64,000 nt of DNA from a virus: positions 67,899 through 131,898 of the IMG/VR virus record IMGVR_UViG_3300043028_000007. One strand, 5' to 3'. Below, piece after piece: positions 50,507-60,681 of this stretch. Position 1 is the stretch's first letter. Each line of letters begins with the position of its first letter. A program made the position numbers and the translations under genes. The notes below the pieces were generated by a model. It had not been told where the DNA came from and searched no databases. It saw only the letters and a program-made list of their open reading frames with translations.

Positions 50507-50966
50507 CGTATTCTTTGATAGGAAATATAAGATAAAAATAAGGATATTTTTCGTTAGTCTTATCCCACTCTTCTTGAGTGGGGTAAGGCTGATATATCGT
50601 CGAATATGAATAAAGTCTATCCATCAGTTGTTGTTTAATATTATCTAAGTATTTTTTAGGTAATCGAAGATATAGCCTAATTTCCAGATCCATTAATCTA
50701 GAAGGAACATTATTCGTTACTTTGCTAGCGAATATTTGATCAGCTAAATTAATATCGTCGGATTTATCCATTTCATAAGCTATTGTTTTCAAATCGGCGT
50801 TCTTAATTAACCCTAACCAACTATGCTCATAGTTATCTTTTGGGATTAAAGATTCTTCAAACTCTACCCATTCTTTTATGGTATCTTGAAAAACCACATT
50901 ATAACTAAGTATTTCCTCTATAGTTAATTCGTCTACTTTTTTTTCTTTCTTTCTTTTAAATATCAT
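50475..50966 (-). CDS. hypothetical protein
   Basis: 163 aa with a GAGGAG RBS. Confidence 0.7.
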   Translation of the reverse strand: MIFKRKKEKKVDELTIEEILSYNVVFQDTIKEWVEFEESLIPKDNYEHSWLGLIKNADLKTIAYEMDKSDDINLADQIFASKVTNNVPSRLMDLEIRLYLRLPKKYLDNIKQQLMDRLYSYSTIYQPYPTQEEWDKTNEKYPYFYLIFPIKEYVSYSKWSGKF

Positions 50967-50984
50967 TTTATCTCCTCTCGATGA

Positions 50985-52133
50985 TTATAATGGATCACCT
51001 TTGCTGTTTGGCATAATGCTTTGCTCTACTAAAGGCATTACGCCATTTATAATGCCAGGAACACTAACTCTATCTTGACCATCTATACCTTTTATTGTAT
51101 CGACTAATAGTTGTATAGCCTGACTTAATTGTTCCCATGCTAATAGAGTTCTATTGTTTGCTCCTCCATTGCCTTTATCTGGCACTGAATTAGAAGGATT
51201 GCCAGAACCATTAGATAATTCCACCGTAGCTGGTACATACGGTGTACCTACAGGACCTATAGACCTAGCCATAGCTTGTGATATAGAAGATATTAATGTG
51301 CCGGGTATTTTTACATCTCCATTTAGACCGATAGTCAATGCTTCAGCTACAAAGTTTTTAGTTATATTACTTATACCTTCACCTGCTTCTTGATATAGTA
51401 CCTCTTCTAATATCTGGGACATATTAGGAGCATTAACTAGTATCTGTCTACCAGCTTTTATAACCAAATCTCTTGGTGCGGCAAGAAGTATGTCTTTGTC
51501 ATTTAAATCGACTATTGAGTCAGATGAATTCTTTAACATAATCCTAGGTACATCCGATTCTAACCATATTTCATTACCTATGTCGTCCTGTAACGTAGCC
51601 GTGTTATTTTTAGCATCTATCTTAAAATGATATTTGTATTTCTCACCATCTGATTTAGAAGTAGCTACAGTTATAGCTTTGTCATACAAAGTATCTAATT
51701 CGATATAATAGGTATTGTCCTTATCCAGTATTTTAACGGTCCTCTGATCATTGGCAACACAAATACGCCAATGTTCGGTTTTTCTAAGATTATCGTCTCT
51801 ACCAGCAGGGTACCAATAGTATTCATCAGTATCAGCGTATTGGAATAATAATACCTGCTCATCTTTTACTATATCCGGAGGACCAGACCTGTTAGTCATA
51901 AAATCGAAATAACTCGCTTCGATAACGTTAGTTACTTTTACTGAATCATTGATATTCTTACCGTTTCTTCTATCATAAATAGATATAATGAATAAACTAT
52001 CACTAGGCACGTGGTTGTCTTCATACGGTAATATTTCAGGACAAAATACTTTTATATCTCGTGACCCATGAACTTTATCTTCTGCTACAATTCCCCAATA
52101 TATTGTAAATTTTCCTTTCTTATCATAACTCAT
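50985..52133 (-). CDS. baseplate hub/spike-like protein (gp5/VgrG OB-fold plus beta-helix-like)
   Basis: GIVAEDK...IKVFCPE...PPDIVKDEQV...YYW (OB-fold-like), followed by beta-strand repeats such as TLQDDIGNEIWLES. Confidence 0.6.
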   Translation of the reverse strand: MSYDKKGKFTIYWGIVAEDKVHGSRDIKVFCPEILPYEDNHVPSDSLFIISIYDRRNGKNINDSVKVTNVIEASYFDFMTNRSGPPDIVKDEQVLLFQYADTDEYYWYPAGRDDNLRKTEHWRICVANDQRTVKILDKDNTYYIELDTLYDKAITVATSKSDGEKYKYHFKIDAKNNTATLQDDIGNEIWLESDVPRIMLKNSSDSIVDLNDKDILLAAPRDLVIKAGRQILVNAPNMSQILEEVLYQEAGEGISNITKNFVAEALTIGLNGDVKIPGTLISSISQAMARSIGPVGTPYVPATVELSNGSGNPSNSVPDKGNGGANNRTLLAWEQLSQAIQLLVDTIKGIDGQDRVSVPGIINGVMPLVEQSIMPNSKGDPL

Positions 52134-52204
52134 AGATATTTCTCCTACAATAAGTTATATATACATATACGATTAATATACCATTAAGACAAAAAATAAA
52201 GATA

Positions 52205-52236
52205 TATAAGTCCCGTGAATATTCACGGGACTTATA
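52205..52236 (-). terminator. terminator hairpin
   Basis: TATAAGTCCCGTGAATATTCACGGGACTTATA, a perfect palindrome followed by a T-run. Confidence 0.75.
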
Positions 52237-52244
52237 ATTTAAAA

Positions 52245-53444
52245 CTATTTGAAAATCAAAGTATGCGATACTCTAGCTGAGCCTGCGTGCTCTAACGGGG
52301 CTTTACCATGAAAATCGACTATACTAGTCGATCTATTAGATAGCCCTAATTCCATACCAAAAGAAAGCCTATCCCCGAAACTTTCAGTTGGTGAAGGTAC
52401 GCTAGAAAAATTGTCATTTGGAGACGGTACACTACTCCAACCCATATTGTCGCCAAAGTTATCTGGGGACGGTACATTGGAAGGACCTATCCCAAAACCA
52501 TCATTCGGTGACGGCACACCAAAATGTCGTACCTTGGATTTCTTTTGCTGAGATATAGTTGGTTTTGTACCAACGCTCAATATATTCTTAGCTACATCAT
52601 AACATTCTTTTAAATGATCAAGATCAGCATATGCTTTATATTTATCGAAGTCAATTGCAAATGGAATATTTCCCCCTTCGATATTTTTATCGATCAATTC
52701 GAATTTTGGGTTAGTAGTCTCATATATGAGTCCCCAAAGATCTATCATAGCACTTAATCTTGGTATCTTAACAGACTTCATACTACATATGAACGATTCC
52801 ATCTTTTCTTCATCTTTCTTTGATGGATCAATATCCATTAGGTCACAGAAAATATCTGAGAACAACGACCAAGATTTCTTACGGACATCTTTATACTTAT
52901 CTCTAAAGCCAGGTCCATTGAATAACCCACATATGGCTTTAGCCTTCTTATCTTTGATAGGAAAGTATACTGAAAAGAAGTCGATATAATTATCAGTTAT
53001 CTTTTCAAATTCCTGTATAGCTTTCTTATCGACTCTATCTATAAACTTACTTACTCTTTCAAGAAGTTTATTTGGTAGCTTTGGTGGTTTATCTTCTTCC
53101 TTCTGCTCAAGAGCAAGTTCCATAATAGCTCTCATATATGAAACAAGCTTATACGTGAATGTAGTTAGTTTGGAATGATAGAACCAATCCTGAGCAGATG
53201 TCTGACCTATCCCTTCTGCAAACGGATTAAGGATTGTTGCATCTGTAGATGAGCTGATATTTTCTTTAAATAGTATTAGTTTGCTTTTGGTATGAGTACC
53301 ATTTACTATGCCATCAACATACACATACTCTTCTTTTCCATCGGAACCGACACTAACTACCATATCTTCTTTATTTACTTTGAATACTCCATCAAATTCT
53401 ACAAAGAACTTGATAGTATCCGTCACATCTTTATAAGTTGCCAT
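52245..53444 (-). CDS. conserved jumbo-phage protein (gp70-like by synteny) with C-terminal VPSP repeats
   Basis: ILNPFAEG motif; lies between the gp69-like gene and the nvRNAP genes. Confidence 0.5.
   Translation of the reverse strand: MATYKDVTDTIKFFVEFDGVFKVNKEDMVVSVGSDGKEEYVYVDGIVNGTHTKSKLILFKENISSSTDATILNPFAEGIGQTSAQDWFYHSKLTTFTYKLVSYMRAIMELALEQKEEDKPPKLPNKLLERVSKFIDRVDKKAIQEFEKITDNYIDFFSVYFPIKDKKAKAICGLFNGPGFRDKYKDVRKKSWSLFSDIFCDLMDIDPSKKDEEKMESFICSMKSVKIPRLSAMIDLWGLIYETTNPKFELIDKNIEGGNIPFAIDFDKYKAYADLDHLKECYDVAKNILSVGTKPTISQQKKSKVRHFGVPSPNDGFGIGPSNVPSPDNFGDNMGWSSVPSPNDNFSSVPSPTESFGDRLSFGMELGLSNRSTSIVDFHGKAPLEHAGSARVSHTLIFK
52381..52520 (-). repeat. four imperfect peptide repeats VPSP(N/D/T)xxF in a disordered tail
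   Basis: VPSPNDGF, VPSPDNF, VPSPNDNF, VPSPTESF. Confidence 0.8.
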
Positions 53445-53461
53445 CTTATCTCTCCTTTGTT

Positions 53462-55066
53462 TTAAAATGCTTCATAATCGCTATCTGTCAATATGCTTCG
53501 GGTTAAGGCCATAAGATCTGTCCCATTTTCAAAAACTATATTACTATCTGCTACCAGAGGTGTATTTATACCTCCTAAACAACTATGTTCTGTATATGGT
53601 GTATCCATATTGTTAAACATACTATCTCTATCCAATAATCTTAATTTGATATATGTGTCGTCTGTACTATATGCTGATACATCGACATCTATGTTACCTA
53701 CGGCCATGACTATGGGATTGAAGATATATTCTTCTATCATTTTCATAGCCGTCTCTACACGTGCTTTAGCTTCGCCTCCTGATAATGGAGCCAATGTACT
53801 GTAGCTCCTTATTTGCCAAGCGGATCTTTTGTCTGCGAATACATCTAAGCTTATTTGTCCAGTATTTCGAGTACTGCTGGCATCTGAGGCATATGAAAAT
53901 GACAAATCGATAAGACCACAGTTATTCAATATGCTCGGCAATGATCTCGAGATCATACTTGAATAGATATTTACTTCGTTTATATCTAACTGATTTATTG
54001 GATCAAAATTTCTCGCAGCATTTTTATTATTGATGACTACTATTTTGGGATCATATTTAGATATTAGTTCGGACATAAATATATCTGAATCAGCTAATCC
54101 AAATACAGCTACATTAGTACTATCTTTAGCACTCAGTTCCTGAAGCATTGCTTCTGATATATAGTCATCGTCTATATTGATTAAGCTCCTACTTCCTTCT
54201 GCCAATGTTCCTCTATAATCATCTGTTGCAACATATTCCAAGGTATTTAATAGCGAGTCAATGATCGCTTTACAATTATTACTTGGGATATTCATAGATG
54301 ACTTAATATGGTGTGTGTCTAGCGGCGAACATCTTAAACTGTCTGCTTCTGTGATGTTGGACAATATACCGCTAGTCATACCATCGTTTTCAAATGAAAA
54401 CATTTCAGACAGAGAAGAGGGCGTATTCTTAAATAGTTCACAATCCGAGATACGTGTACTAGAGTCTCTGGATATGAAATCTACGTCTCCTATTACACTC
54501 AATCTGTTTTTAGAAGTAGGCCCAAAAGTTTTTGTCTCTTTTGACAATACCTTATGTGTTATACACAACATACAGTTTTCGTTGATTCTGTTGCCCTGAC
54601 CATGATTAACCATATTGACTGGTTCTTCTGTGGTATAACCCACATATACGCATCTGTTGTTTTCATTCATAGGCAATTTAAATTTGCCCATAGATGCACC
54701 ATTAAAGCTACCTGTATCATTATCTATAACTAACATAAATGTCCATGTGCTAGAAAATATAGATGAAGCAACAGGTATGCCCATAGCACTTGTTTTTACA
54801 GCATCTATGCCTACAGGAGATTGACTTAATCTTTTACTAATACCTACGTTACCTCTATGGACATTTCTATGATTCTTAACGACATTATTAGTTATTTCGT
54901 CAATCAGCTCGTCTTTAAATTCCATTCCAAAATTATACCGTATTGGTCTTTTGGCTGTATCATAAAACCTTCTTGGAGATTTCAGATATAATACAGCCTT
55001 CTTACCACCTAATCCAGTGTCCTGCAATGCGTTTGAACTAAGGTCGTTGTTGTTTAATAGTCCCAT
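53462..55066 (-). CDS. conserved jumbo-phage core protein, candidate phiKZ gp69 (PicA/Imp1 nuclear-shell import factor) homolog
   Basis: About 534 aa from ATG 55066 (AGGAG RBS). Assigned from size, position downstream of the gp68-like gene and the RP..Y.F...F.L..D...GYT pattern; the assignment rests mainly on synteny. Confidence 0.5.
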   Translation of the reverse strand: MGLLNNNDLSSNALQDTGLGGKKAVLYLKSPRRFYDTAKRPIRYNFGMEFKDELIDEITNNVVKNHRNVHRGNVGISKRLSQSPVGIDAVKTSAMGIPVASSIFSSTWTFMLVIDNDTGSFNGASMGKFKLPMNENNRCVYVGYTTEEPVNMVNHGQGNRINENCMLCITHKVLSKETKTFGPTSKNRLSVIGDVDFISRDSSTRISDCELFKNTPSSLSEMFSFENDGMTSGILSNITEADSLRCSPLDTHHIKSSMNIPSNNCKAIIDSLLNTLEYVATDDYRGTLAEGSRSLINIDDDYISEAMLQELSAKDSTNVAVFGLADSDIFMSELISKYDPKIVVINNKNAARNFDPINQLDINEVNIYSSMISRSLPSILNNCGLIDLSFSYASDASSTRNTGQISLDVFADKRSAWQIRSYSTLAPLSGGEAKARVETAMKMIEEYIFNPIVMAVGNIDVDVSAYSTDDTYIKLRLLDRDSMFNNMDTPYTEHSCLGGINTPLVADSNIVFENGTDLMALTRSILTDSDYEAF

Positions 55067-55088
55067 TTTTTGTCTCCTGTATTTTTTT

Positions 55089-56303
55089 CTAATTATAAAC
55101 AAATGAGTTCGAAACTAACCCATAAATTGCTAAATTTATTACTTTTTGCAATAATACCTGATTGTCTTTATCATAACTCGTTATAATTACCGTATCATCA
55201 TAACTCTTAGCTATATTGATAGTTTTCGTTTTACCATTGTCCAATAGGAATATGGTATCCGATATAGTAATATATATTTGATATATTAATCGATTAACCG
55301 AATTACTAAATGACCTATGGTTATCCAAATACCTGTTTCTAGCAAAGTTTATTTTATGCGAATAATTGATTGCTGTTTCAGATATACCGTCTGTATGTAC
55401 AATTATATCTATATCGAATTCTGTTAAAGGTGAGCCGAATATAATGTCTATCAAATTACTATTATATCCATATTCTTCATAGGCAAAATCCGTAAGATTT
55501 GGATTATCTGAGCGATCTATCTTTTTATCTATTCCAGGCGTCGGGTTAGTGTCCAAGTAATGATTATTACTGACATAACGCCTTAGGTCCTTGTCTACGA
55601 ATATTTGGTCATAATATTTTTTAGTCAAAGCATCCGTAGGCGTTTGTTTTAAAGTCCGTTTTAATGGATACGTCATATTGGATGCCTGATCTAAAATTAT
55701 ATTCAACCTTTTCTTAAGAGCTTTGTCATTATAGTTATGGAAAGTAAAGTTATTAACCAGAGTCTGATTACTTATATATCTTACTATCTCTGGTAAATAT
55801 AATCCATTTAAAAAGAAATCTAGATTTAAGTGCTCTAGTTTCTTACAATCATCGAAATAAGCGTTTGTGTAATTGTGTATGAAATAAAAATATAGATAAT
55901 CAATATCGACTATATCGCCATTAATGGCGTTAATACATATTGGTATATTTTCTGAAAAATAATCAATCATAACCGTATGGTTAATATGAGTCTTTAACAT
56001 ATAAGGAGCGTATATATTTGGTGTATCTAACCTATCTACCAAACAATACCTTTCCTTTATTATGGATTTTGTTGATTTAGTCTTAATATCTCTCAATGTA
56101 TGTCTTTCGATTAACTTAACAAATTCGAGATTATTATCAACAAAATCCACGTCCGATGTAGATGTAGTTATGGATGTCCCAAGATTAATAACGTCTTCAT
56201 CATTTATGAATAGAGTAAAGGCATTAGTATAGCATGTAGCCGAATCATAACATCCGCTATAGTGCACGGGATGAGGTAAGTGTATTTCTTCTAATATTTC
56301 CAA
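55089..56303 (-). CDS. hypothetical protein
   Basis: 404 aa, TTG start with an AGGAG RBS. Confidence 0.7.
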   Translation of the reverse strand: MEILEEIHLPHPVHYSGCYDSATCYTNAFTLFINDEDVINLGTSITTSTSDVDFVDNNLEFVKLIERHTLRDIKTKSTKSIIKERYCLVDRLDTPNIYAPYMLKTHINHTVMIDYFSENIPICINAINGDIVDIDYLYFYFIHNYTNAYFDDCKKLEHLNLDFFLNGLYLPEIVRYISNQTLVNNFTFHNYNDKALKKRLNIILDQASNMTYPLKRTLKQTPTDALTKKYYDQIFVDKDLRRYVSNNHYLDTNPTPGIDKKIDRSDNPNLTDFAYEEYGYNSNLIDIIFGSPLTEFDIDIIVHTDGISETAINYSHKINFARNRYLDNHRSFSNSVNRLIYQIYITISDTIFLLDNGKTKTINIAKSYDDTVIITSYDKDNQVLLQKVINLAIYGLVSNSFVYN

Positions 56304-56313
56304 TTAAGTCTCC

Positions 56314-57936
56314 TTAGTTTTTAAATATATTAGTATGACCAACTAAGTTTAGCGAATAGTATATGAATTGAAATATATTAGACATTATCAATTCGTTATA
56401 TTCAAGCACTCTATTGTTGGCATTGTCTTGACTAAGAGCTTCATATATATCGGGAGCTGTGTTATACTTATGTGCTCTCGTAGTCAAGTATTCTATCATC
56501 TTATCCAGGCTACTATCCCAACTAACGCTACCAACTGCATATGGAAATAGTTCAGCACAATTTCTATATGCTCTAGAACTACCAGCCATAATTTGGATCT
56601 TGTTATCTATTATAGACATAGATGATTTAATACCATGGTCTGTAGCAGATAAGCAATGTATTATATCAGTACCTATTGGGTCATCTAAAACCTTATCTTG
56701 TACTATACTTTGGTTTAGTTTACATATATACATCTGTACTATAACCAATAGCTCAGTATACAGCTCATAGTTTAGCATCGATACCCCACAAGCACCACCG
56801 ATCTTATGTCCAAGAAAAGTACATATGACATACATATTAATTGGCGATATGGCGAATGGAGAATGCATATAAAAATTACAATTTTCTTTAAATTCAGATG
56901 CAGATAACCCATACTGATCTAATAAACGTCGGGCTACAAGTTTTGTAGTTAAATTAACTAAAGTAGGTGTCTCTATAGGAGCTATGGAAACATAAGACTC
57001 TGTTTCCAAGCGACTTTTATTAGACTCACTATCGTCTTTCATATCTTCTGGTCTTATTCTCATTCTTACTATGGATTTTCGAGAATTTGAATTGATAGTA
57101 TTGCTTGCTTTGCTATTGATGCAATGATACATATCCGATATCAGACTTTTGTCATATAGATTATTAACAAAGTTCTTAGTTAATATGGTACCATAACAAA
57201 GTATAGTTAGTGTTATCTTGGTATTGCCATGATAAGATAATGTGTGGTCATTTTCTTTCCTACCACTACCTATATTGTTTTCAATATAGTTAAATATCTT
57301 TTCTGTAATTTTAGGAAAATCTTGATTAAGTAGATCTGCCAAAATACGTACGGCATGTAGATCTTTTAATCTGTTATCTATATCACTATTGGTTATAAAG
57401 TTTGATATATGCCCAAATATAGGCGAAAGCATTTTACATATAGTCGATACTGCGATACAATATAGATAATCCTGATGAAAGAAGGTCATACTCCTCGTAT
57501 GATGAGCAGATTCTAATTCATCTCCCTTATGTTTTAATTCAGGGATATGGATTTCTTCTTGGAAAGTAACAAAATTTAGTATCCTTTTTGACAAATCTAA
57601 GTCTTTAAATAATTGAGCTAATTCTTTGCTTGTATTTTCTTCAAAAATAACTAGCTGGTCCATATGTTCTATATTGTCCAGTTGTTTATGGACATTTGAA
57701 TAAAACCTAGCTATCCTGATTTGTTCATGTGAAGTGAGTTCTTGAAAAAATCTATTGACAACTTTATATAACTGTATCCACGGTATTTCTCCTTTACCAG
57801 CTTTTAAATTGGAATATGTTTTCATGTTAAATATTAACGTATTTGGGTCTATCGATTGTACGTCAGATTCTTTAACATTGCTTATATCCAAATAAGCATA
57901 ACTGATTTCATCTATTACCATCCTCCTTATTCGCAT
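56314..57936 (-). CDS. non-virion RNAP promoter-specificity (sigma-like) subunit, phiKZ gp68-like
   Basis: 540 aa and helical, with TF...DY......K.L.PIFG and N.S.LE..S patterns. It heads the gp68-gp75 syntenic block and has an early promoter upstream. Confidence 0.65.
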   Translation of the reverse strand: MRIRRMVIDEISYAYLDISNVKESDVQSIDPNTLIFNMKTYSNLKAGKGEIPWIQLYKVVNRFFQELTSHEQIRIARFYSNVHKQLDNIEHMDQLVIFEENTSKELAQLFKDLDLSKRILNFVTFQEEIHIPELKHKGDELESAHHTRSMTFFHQDYLYCIAVSTICKMLSPIFGHISNFITNSDIDNRLKDLHAVRILADLLNQDFPKITEKIFNYIENNIGSGRKENDHTLSYHGNTKITLTILCYGTILTKNFVNNLYDKSLISDMYHCINSKASNTINSNSRKSIVRMRIRPEDMKDDSESNKSRLETESYVSIAPIETPTLVNLTTKLVARRLLDQYGLSASEFKENCNFYMHSPFAISPINMYVICTFLGHKIGGACGVSMLNYELYTELLVIVQMYICKLNQSIVQDKVLDDPIGTDIIHCLSATDHGIKSSMSIIDNKIQIMAGSSRAYRNCAELFPYAVGSVSWDSSLDKMIEYLTTRAHKYNTAPDIYEALSQDNANNRVLEYNELIMSNIFQFIYYSLNLVGHTNIFKN

Positions 57937-57979
57937 TCTTAAGCCTCCATATATTAATTAATGCTACTTATTCTACTAT

Positions 57980-57997
57980 AGTAATATATATTTAAAA
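57980..57997 (-). promoter_or_regulatory. phiKZ-type early promoter
   Basis: TTTTAAATATATATTACT on the minus strand. Confidence 0.75.
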
Positions 57998-58119
57998 GAT
58001 TTTTAGAAAAATACCGTACATTAACTCCTTCTATAGATATAGTACCTATACCTATTCTGATATAAAATATCGTTTATAAATAAAAAAATAAAAGTAGTAG
58101 ATAAAATCCACTACTAATA

Positions 58120-58890
58120 TCAATTATGATTATTATTAACTATAGCTAAAACTATATCTCCTATATAGACACAGTTATCAAGAAAGGTCTGTTCATCATC
58201 GATATCTGTATATGTTAATATAGACTTTATAACCATGGTCCTATATTTGGAATAATATACTTTTCCGGGATCATTTAAATCGAACCTATCAATCAGTGCT
58301 ATGGGAAAGATGTCTTCTACTAAGCTATCTATTTTAGATATATAAGAATCGAGATATTTTTTCAATATAGGATATATCAAATAATTGTAAAATAGTCCAC
58401 TATTCAATATCTTGTAGCCTTCTCTATCTATATATCTATAATGTATCATATCCATGTAGTAAATGATAGGCATTAGAATAGTTGAAAGTATATATAGGCA
58501 TTGGTATTCTGATAAAGTCTTAGATTCGTACAATATATTTGTTTCTTGAAAATTTTCTAATATATAGATCTGATCTAAAGTCTCTATAACTTTATTACGA
58601 ATCTTTCTAAGTACATTCTTGTATTCTACATATTTATGATTTGGGTTATCATAAATCTTATCTAGACTAAATTTTACATATTCGTACATTCGTAAATATT
58701 TGTGTCTTTTTTCTAAATTTAAGTTACTAAAATACCGCCAATTTACTTCCCATATTCCAAGAGAAATTTTATCAAATCTTTCCAATTTAGACACTTTGTG
58801 TGTAGTGGCCTTAGGGCCTATTAATAAGTCCTGATATTGGAAAAGATATATGGGCTCATATCTATCTTTATATTCTACTATAGATAACAT
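58120..58890 (-). CDS. hypothetical protein, probable paralog of the N-terminal half of the gp68-like subunit
   Basis: Colinear similarity by eye with the adjacent 540-aa protein (see findings). Confidence 0.5.
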   Translation of the reverse strand: MLSIVEYKDRYEPIYLFQYQDLLIGPKATTHKVSKLERFDKISLGIWEVNWRYFSNLNLEKRHKYLRMYEYVKFSLDKIYDNPNHKYVEYKNVLRKIRNKVIETLDQIYILENFQETNILYESKTLSEYQCLYILSTILMPIIYYMDMIHYRYIDREGYKILNSGLFYNYLIYPILKKYLDSYISKIDSLVEDIFPIALIDRFDLNDPGKVYYSKYRTMVIKSILTYTDIDDEQTFLDNCVYIGDIVLAIVNNNHN

Positions 58891-58925
58891 CCAATATCTC
58901 CTTTATCTCCTTATGAAAAAAAGAA

Positions 58926-58949
58926 AAGGTGTATCTATCGATACACCTT
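58926..58949 (-). terminator. terminator hairpin
   Basis: AAGGTGTATC-tatc-GATACACCTT with a T-run on the minus strand. Confidence 0.7.
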
Positions 58950-58957
58950 AATATATA

Positions 58958-59533
58958 TTAATTAATATTTTCCTGTTCTACTTCTTCTTTGAATTCTTGT
59001 ATTTCTTCTTCTGTAATGTTGTCTGTTCTATGCCCATTTAGGAACTCTTTATACTCATTGAATTCTTTTTCATCGAACTGATCTTGGAACTTATCTAGTA
59101 CTTCATTATATTTTACCAAAAGAGGTGTAGTCCCTTTCTCAACTTCTGTTAACCATTCTTCCAGAGCTATCATCTTATCCATTCCATATACCAACTTTAG
59201 TTGGTTAAATTGTTCGTTTGACTTAACTATAAAGTCATTGAGAGAAGCTTTGGCTTCTTTATACATTTCTATGTCTTCACTAAAGTCTTCTTCAAACATA
59301 TCTGATCTGGTTTTAAGTGAATCTACGAATGCCTCTAATTTATCATCAAGTAATGTTAACATACTTGTCATTTGTTCATTGACCTTTTTCATATTACCAG
59401 CGAGCTGATTAATTTGCTCATTCTGTAGTCTAGTATCTATTGGTCTATTGTTTTTAGAAACATTATTTTTTCTTATGTTATTCTTTTTCTTTAGTTCTTT
59501 AGTTCTTCTCTTCTTCTTGTCTATATTGCCCAT
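58958..59533 (-). CDS. hypothetical coiled-coil protein
   Basis: 191 aa with a basic N-terminus, an acidic body and an AGGAG RBS. Confidence 0.75.
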   Translation of the reverse strand: MGNIDKKKRRTKELKKKNNIRKNNVSKNNRPIDTRLQNEQINQLAGNMKKVNEQMTSMLTLLDDKLEAFVDSLKTRSDMFEEDFSEDIEMYKEAKASLNDFIVKSNEQFNQLKLVYGMDKMIALEEWLTEVEKGTTPLLVKYNEVLDKFQDQFDEKEFNEYKEFLNGHRTDNITEEEIQEFKEEVEQENIN

Positions 59534-59762
59534 TCTACTCTCCTTTTGATTAATTTGATATAAGATGCTTTAAGTTTGATTAAGATTAAAAAAGATAAAT
59601 ATTTTTAATTATAAAAGTATAAATATTTTATAGTAGATCTGGCAGGCCTGTATATACGTAGTATATACAGGCCTTACCTTATTCCCTTTAATAAGATAAG
59701 ATATAATACCTTCAGTAAAGAATATAAAAGATATTATTACTTTATTATGTATACTAACTCCT

Positions 59763-59948
59763 TTATATGACAACATCCATAAGACCATAGTTATCATAAG
59801 AGAGTTGGTTATAATGACTATTGAGTAGCTTATCCAAATGTACTACCATGACTACATGGCCACTTATGTTAGACTTAAGTAGTTTGGTATTATTATCTAT
59901 TTCTTCTATATATAGAACTTTCTTATCTTCTTTCTCAAAATAATCCAA
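59763..59948 (-). CDS. hypothetical protein
   Basis: Small co-oriented ORF in a dense gene run. Confidence 0.4.
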   Translation of the reverse strand: MDYFEKEDKKVLYIEEIDNNTKLLKSNISGHVVMVVHLDKLLNSHYNQLSYDNYGLMDVVI

Positions 59949-59954
59949 CCAGTT

Positions 59955-60356
59955 CTATTTTGTAGTTGGATTGGATCTTAATTTCTTAACTACGTAGTGT
60001 GTCATATAGTCAATTGAAGCATCTGAATCAGATGACAAAATATCTTCTAAATAGTCTTTGTATGCATGAAATATCTCCGTATAAGTAGATATCCTAGATA
60101 TAAGTGGGTCTTCACAAATATCATCCAGATTATTACTGCACCATTCCGCTATCTCATCTATAGTTTCAAAGATAGGCGACACCGCCGGTGGAATAACAGA
60201 AGATTTGTTTTTAAGTATATCTTTTGCTTTAACTAGCTCTAGTCTTTTAATAGTTTCTTCATCCATATTAAAATCAGGCTTTGTAAATAGTTGGTATAAA
60301 ACTTTTTCTTCGAGGTTCTCTTTTGTTACGATGTTGTACACTTCATACATAATCAT
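59955..60356 (-). CDS. hypothetical protein
   Basis: 133 aa with an RBS. Confidence 0.7.
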   Translation of the reverse strand: MIMYEVYNIVTKENLEEKVLYQLFTKPDFNMDEETIKRLELVKAKDILKNKSSVIPPAVSPIFETIDEIAEWCSNNLDDICEDPLISRISTYTEIFHAYKDYLEDILSSDSDASIDYMTHYVVKKLRSNPTTK

Positions 60357-60392
60357 TTTCCTTTTATTATATTTTACATTATTTAAGTACAG

Positions 60393-60668
60393 CTACTTTA
60401 AGGTATTCAGCCAGTCGATCATGATTTCTTTAATATCCCTACCGTTAAACTCATTTAGGCTATCCAGAACTTGCCTATAGTTTAAACAAGTCAAATAACA
60501 ATCATCTTCCGCTAGAAGAAGATAATTAATTTGACCATTTTTACAGAGAGGATGTCTTTGATAGGTATCGCTGCTTGTACCTATTCCTATATCTACAAAG
60601 AAATCGTTTTCATTTTTTGGATCGATTAGTTCAAGATAAGTATCTTTATCCACTGCTTCGGCGTACAT
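60393..60668 (-). CDS. hypothetical protein
   Basis: 91 aa with an AGGAGG RBS. Confidence 0.7.
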   Translation of the reverse strand: MYAEAVDKDTYLELIDPKNENDFFVDIGIGTSSDTYQRHPLCKNGQINYLLLAEDDCYLTCLNYRQVLDSLNEFNGRDIKEIMIDWLNTLK

Positions 60669-60681
60669 GCTATTTCCTCCT

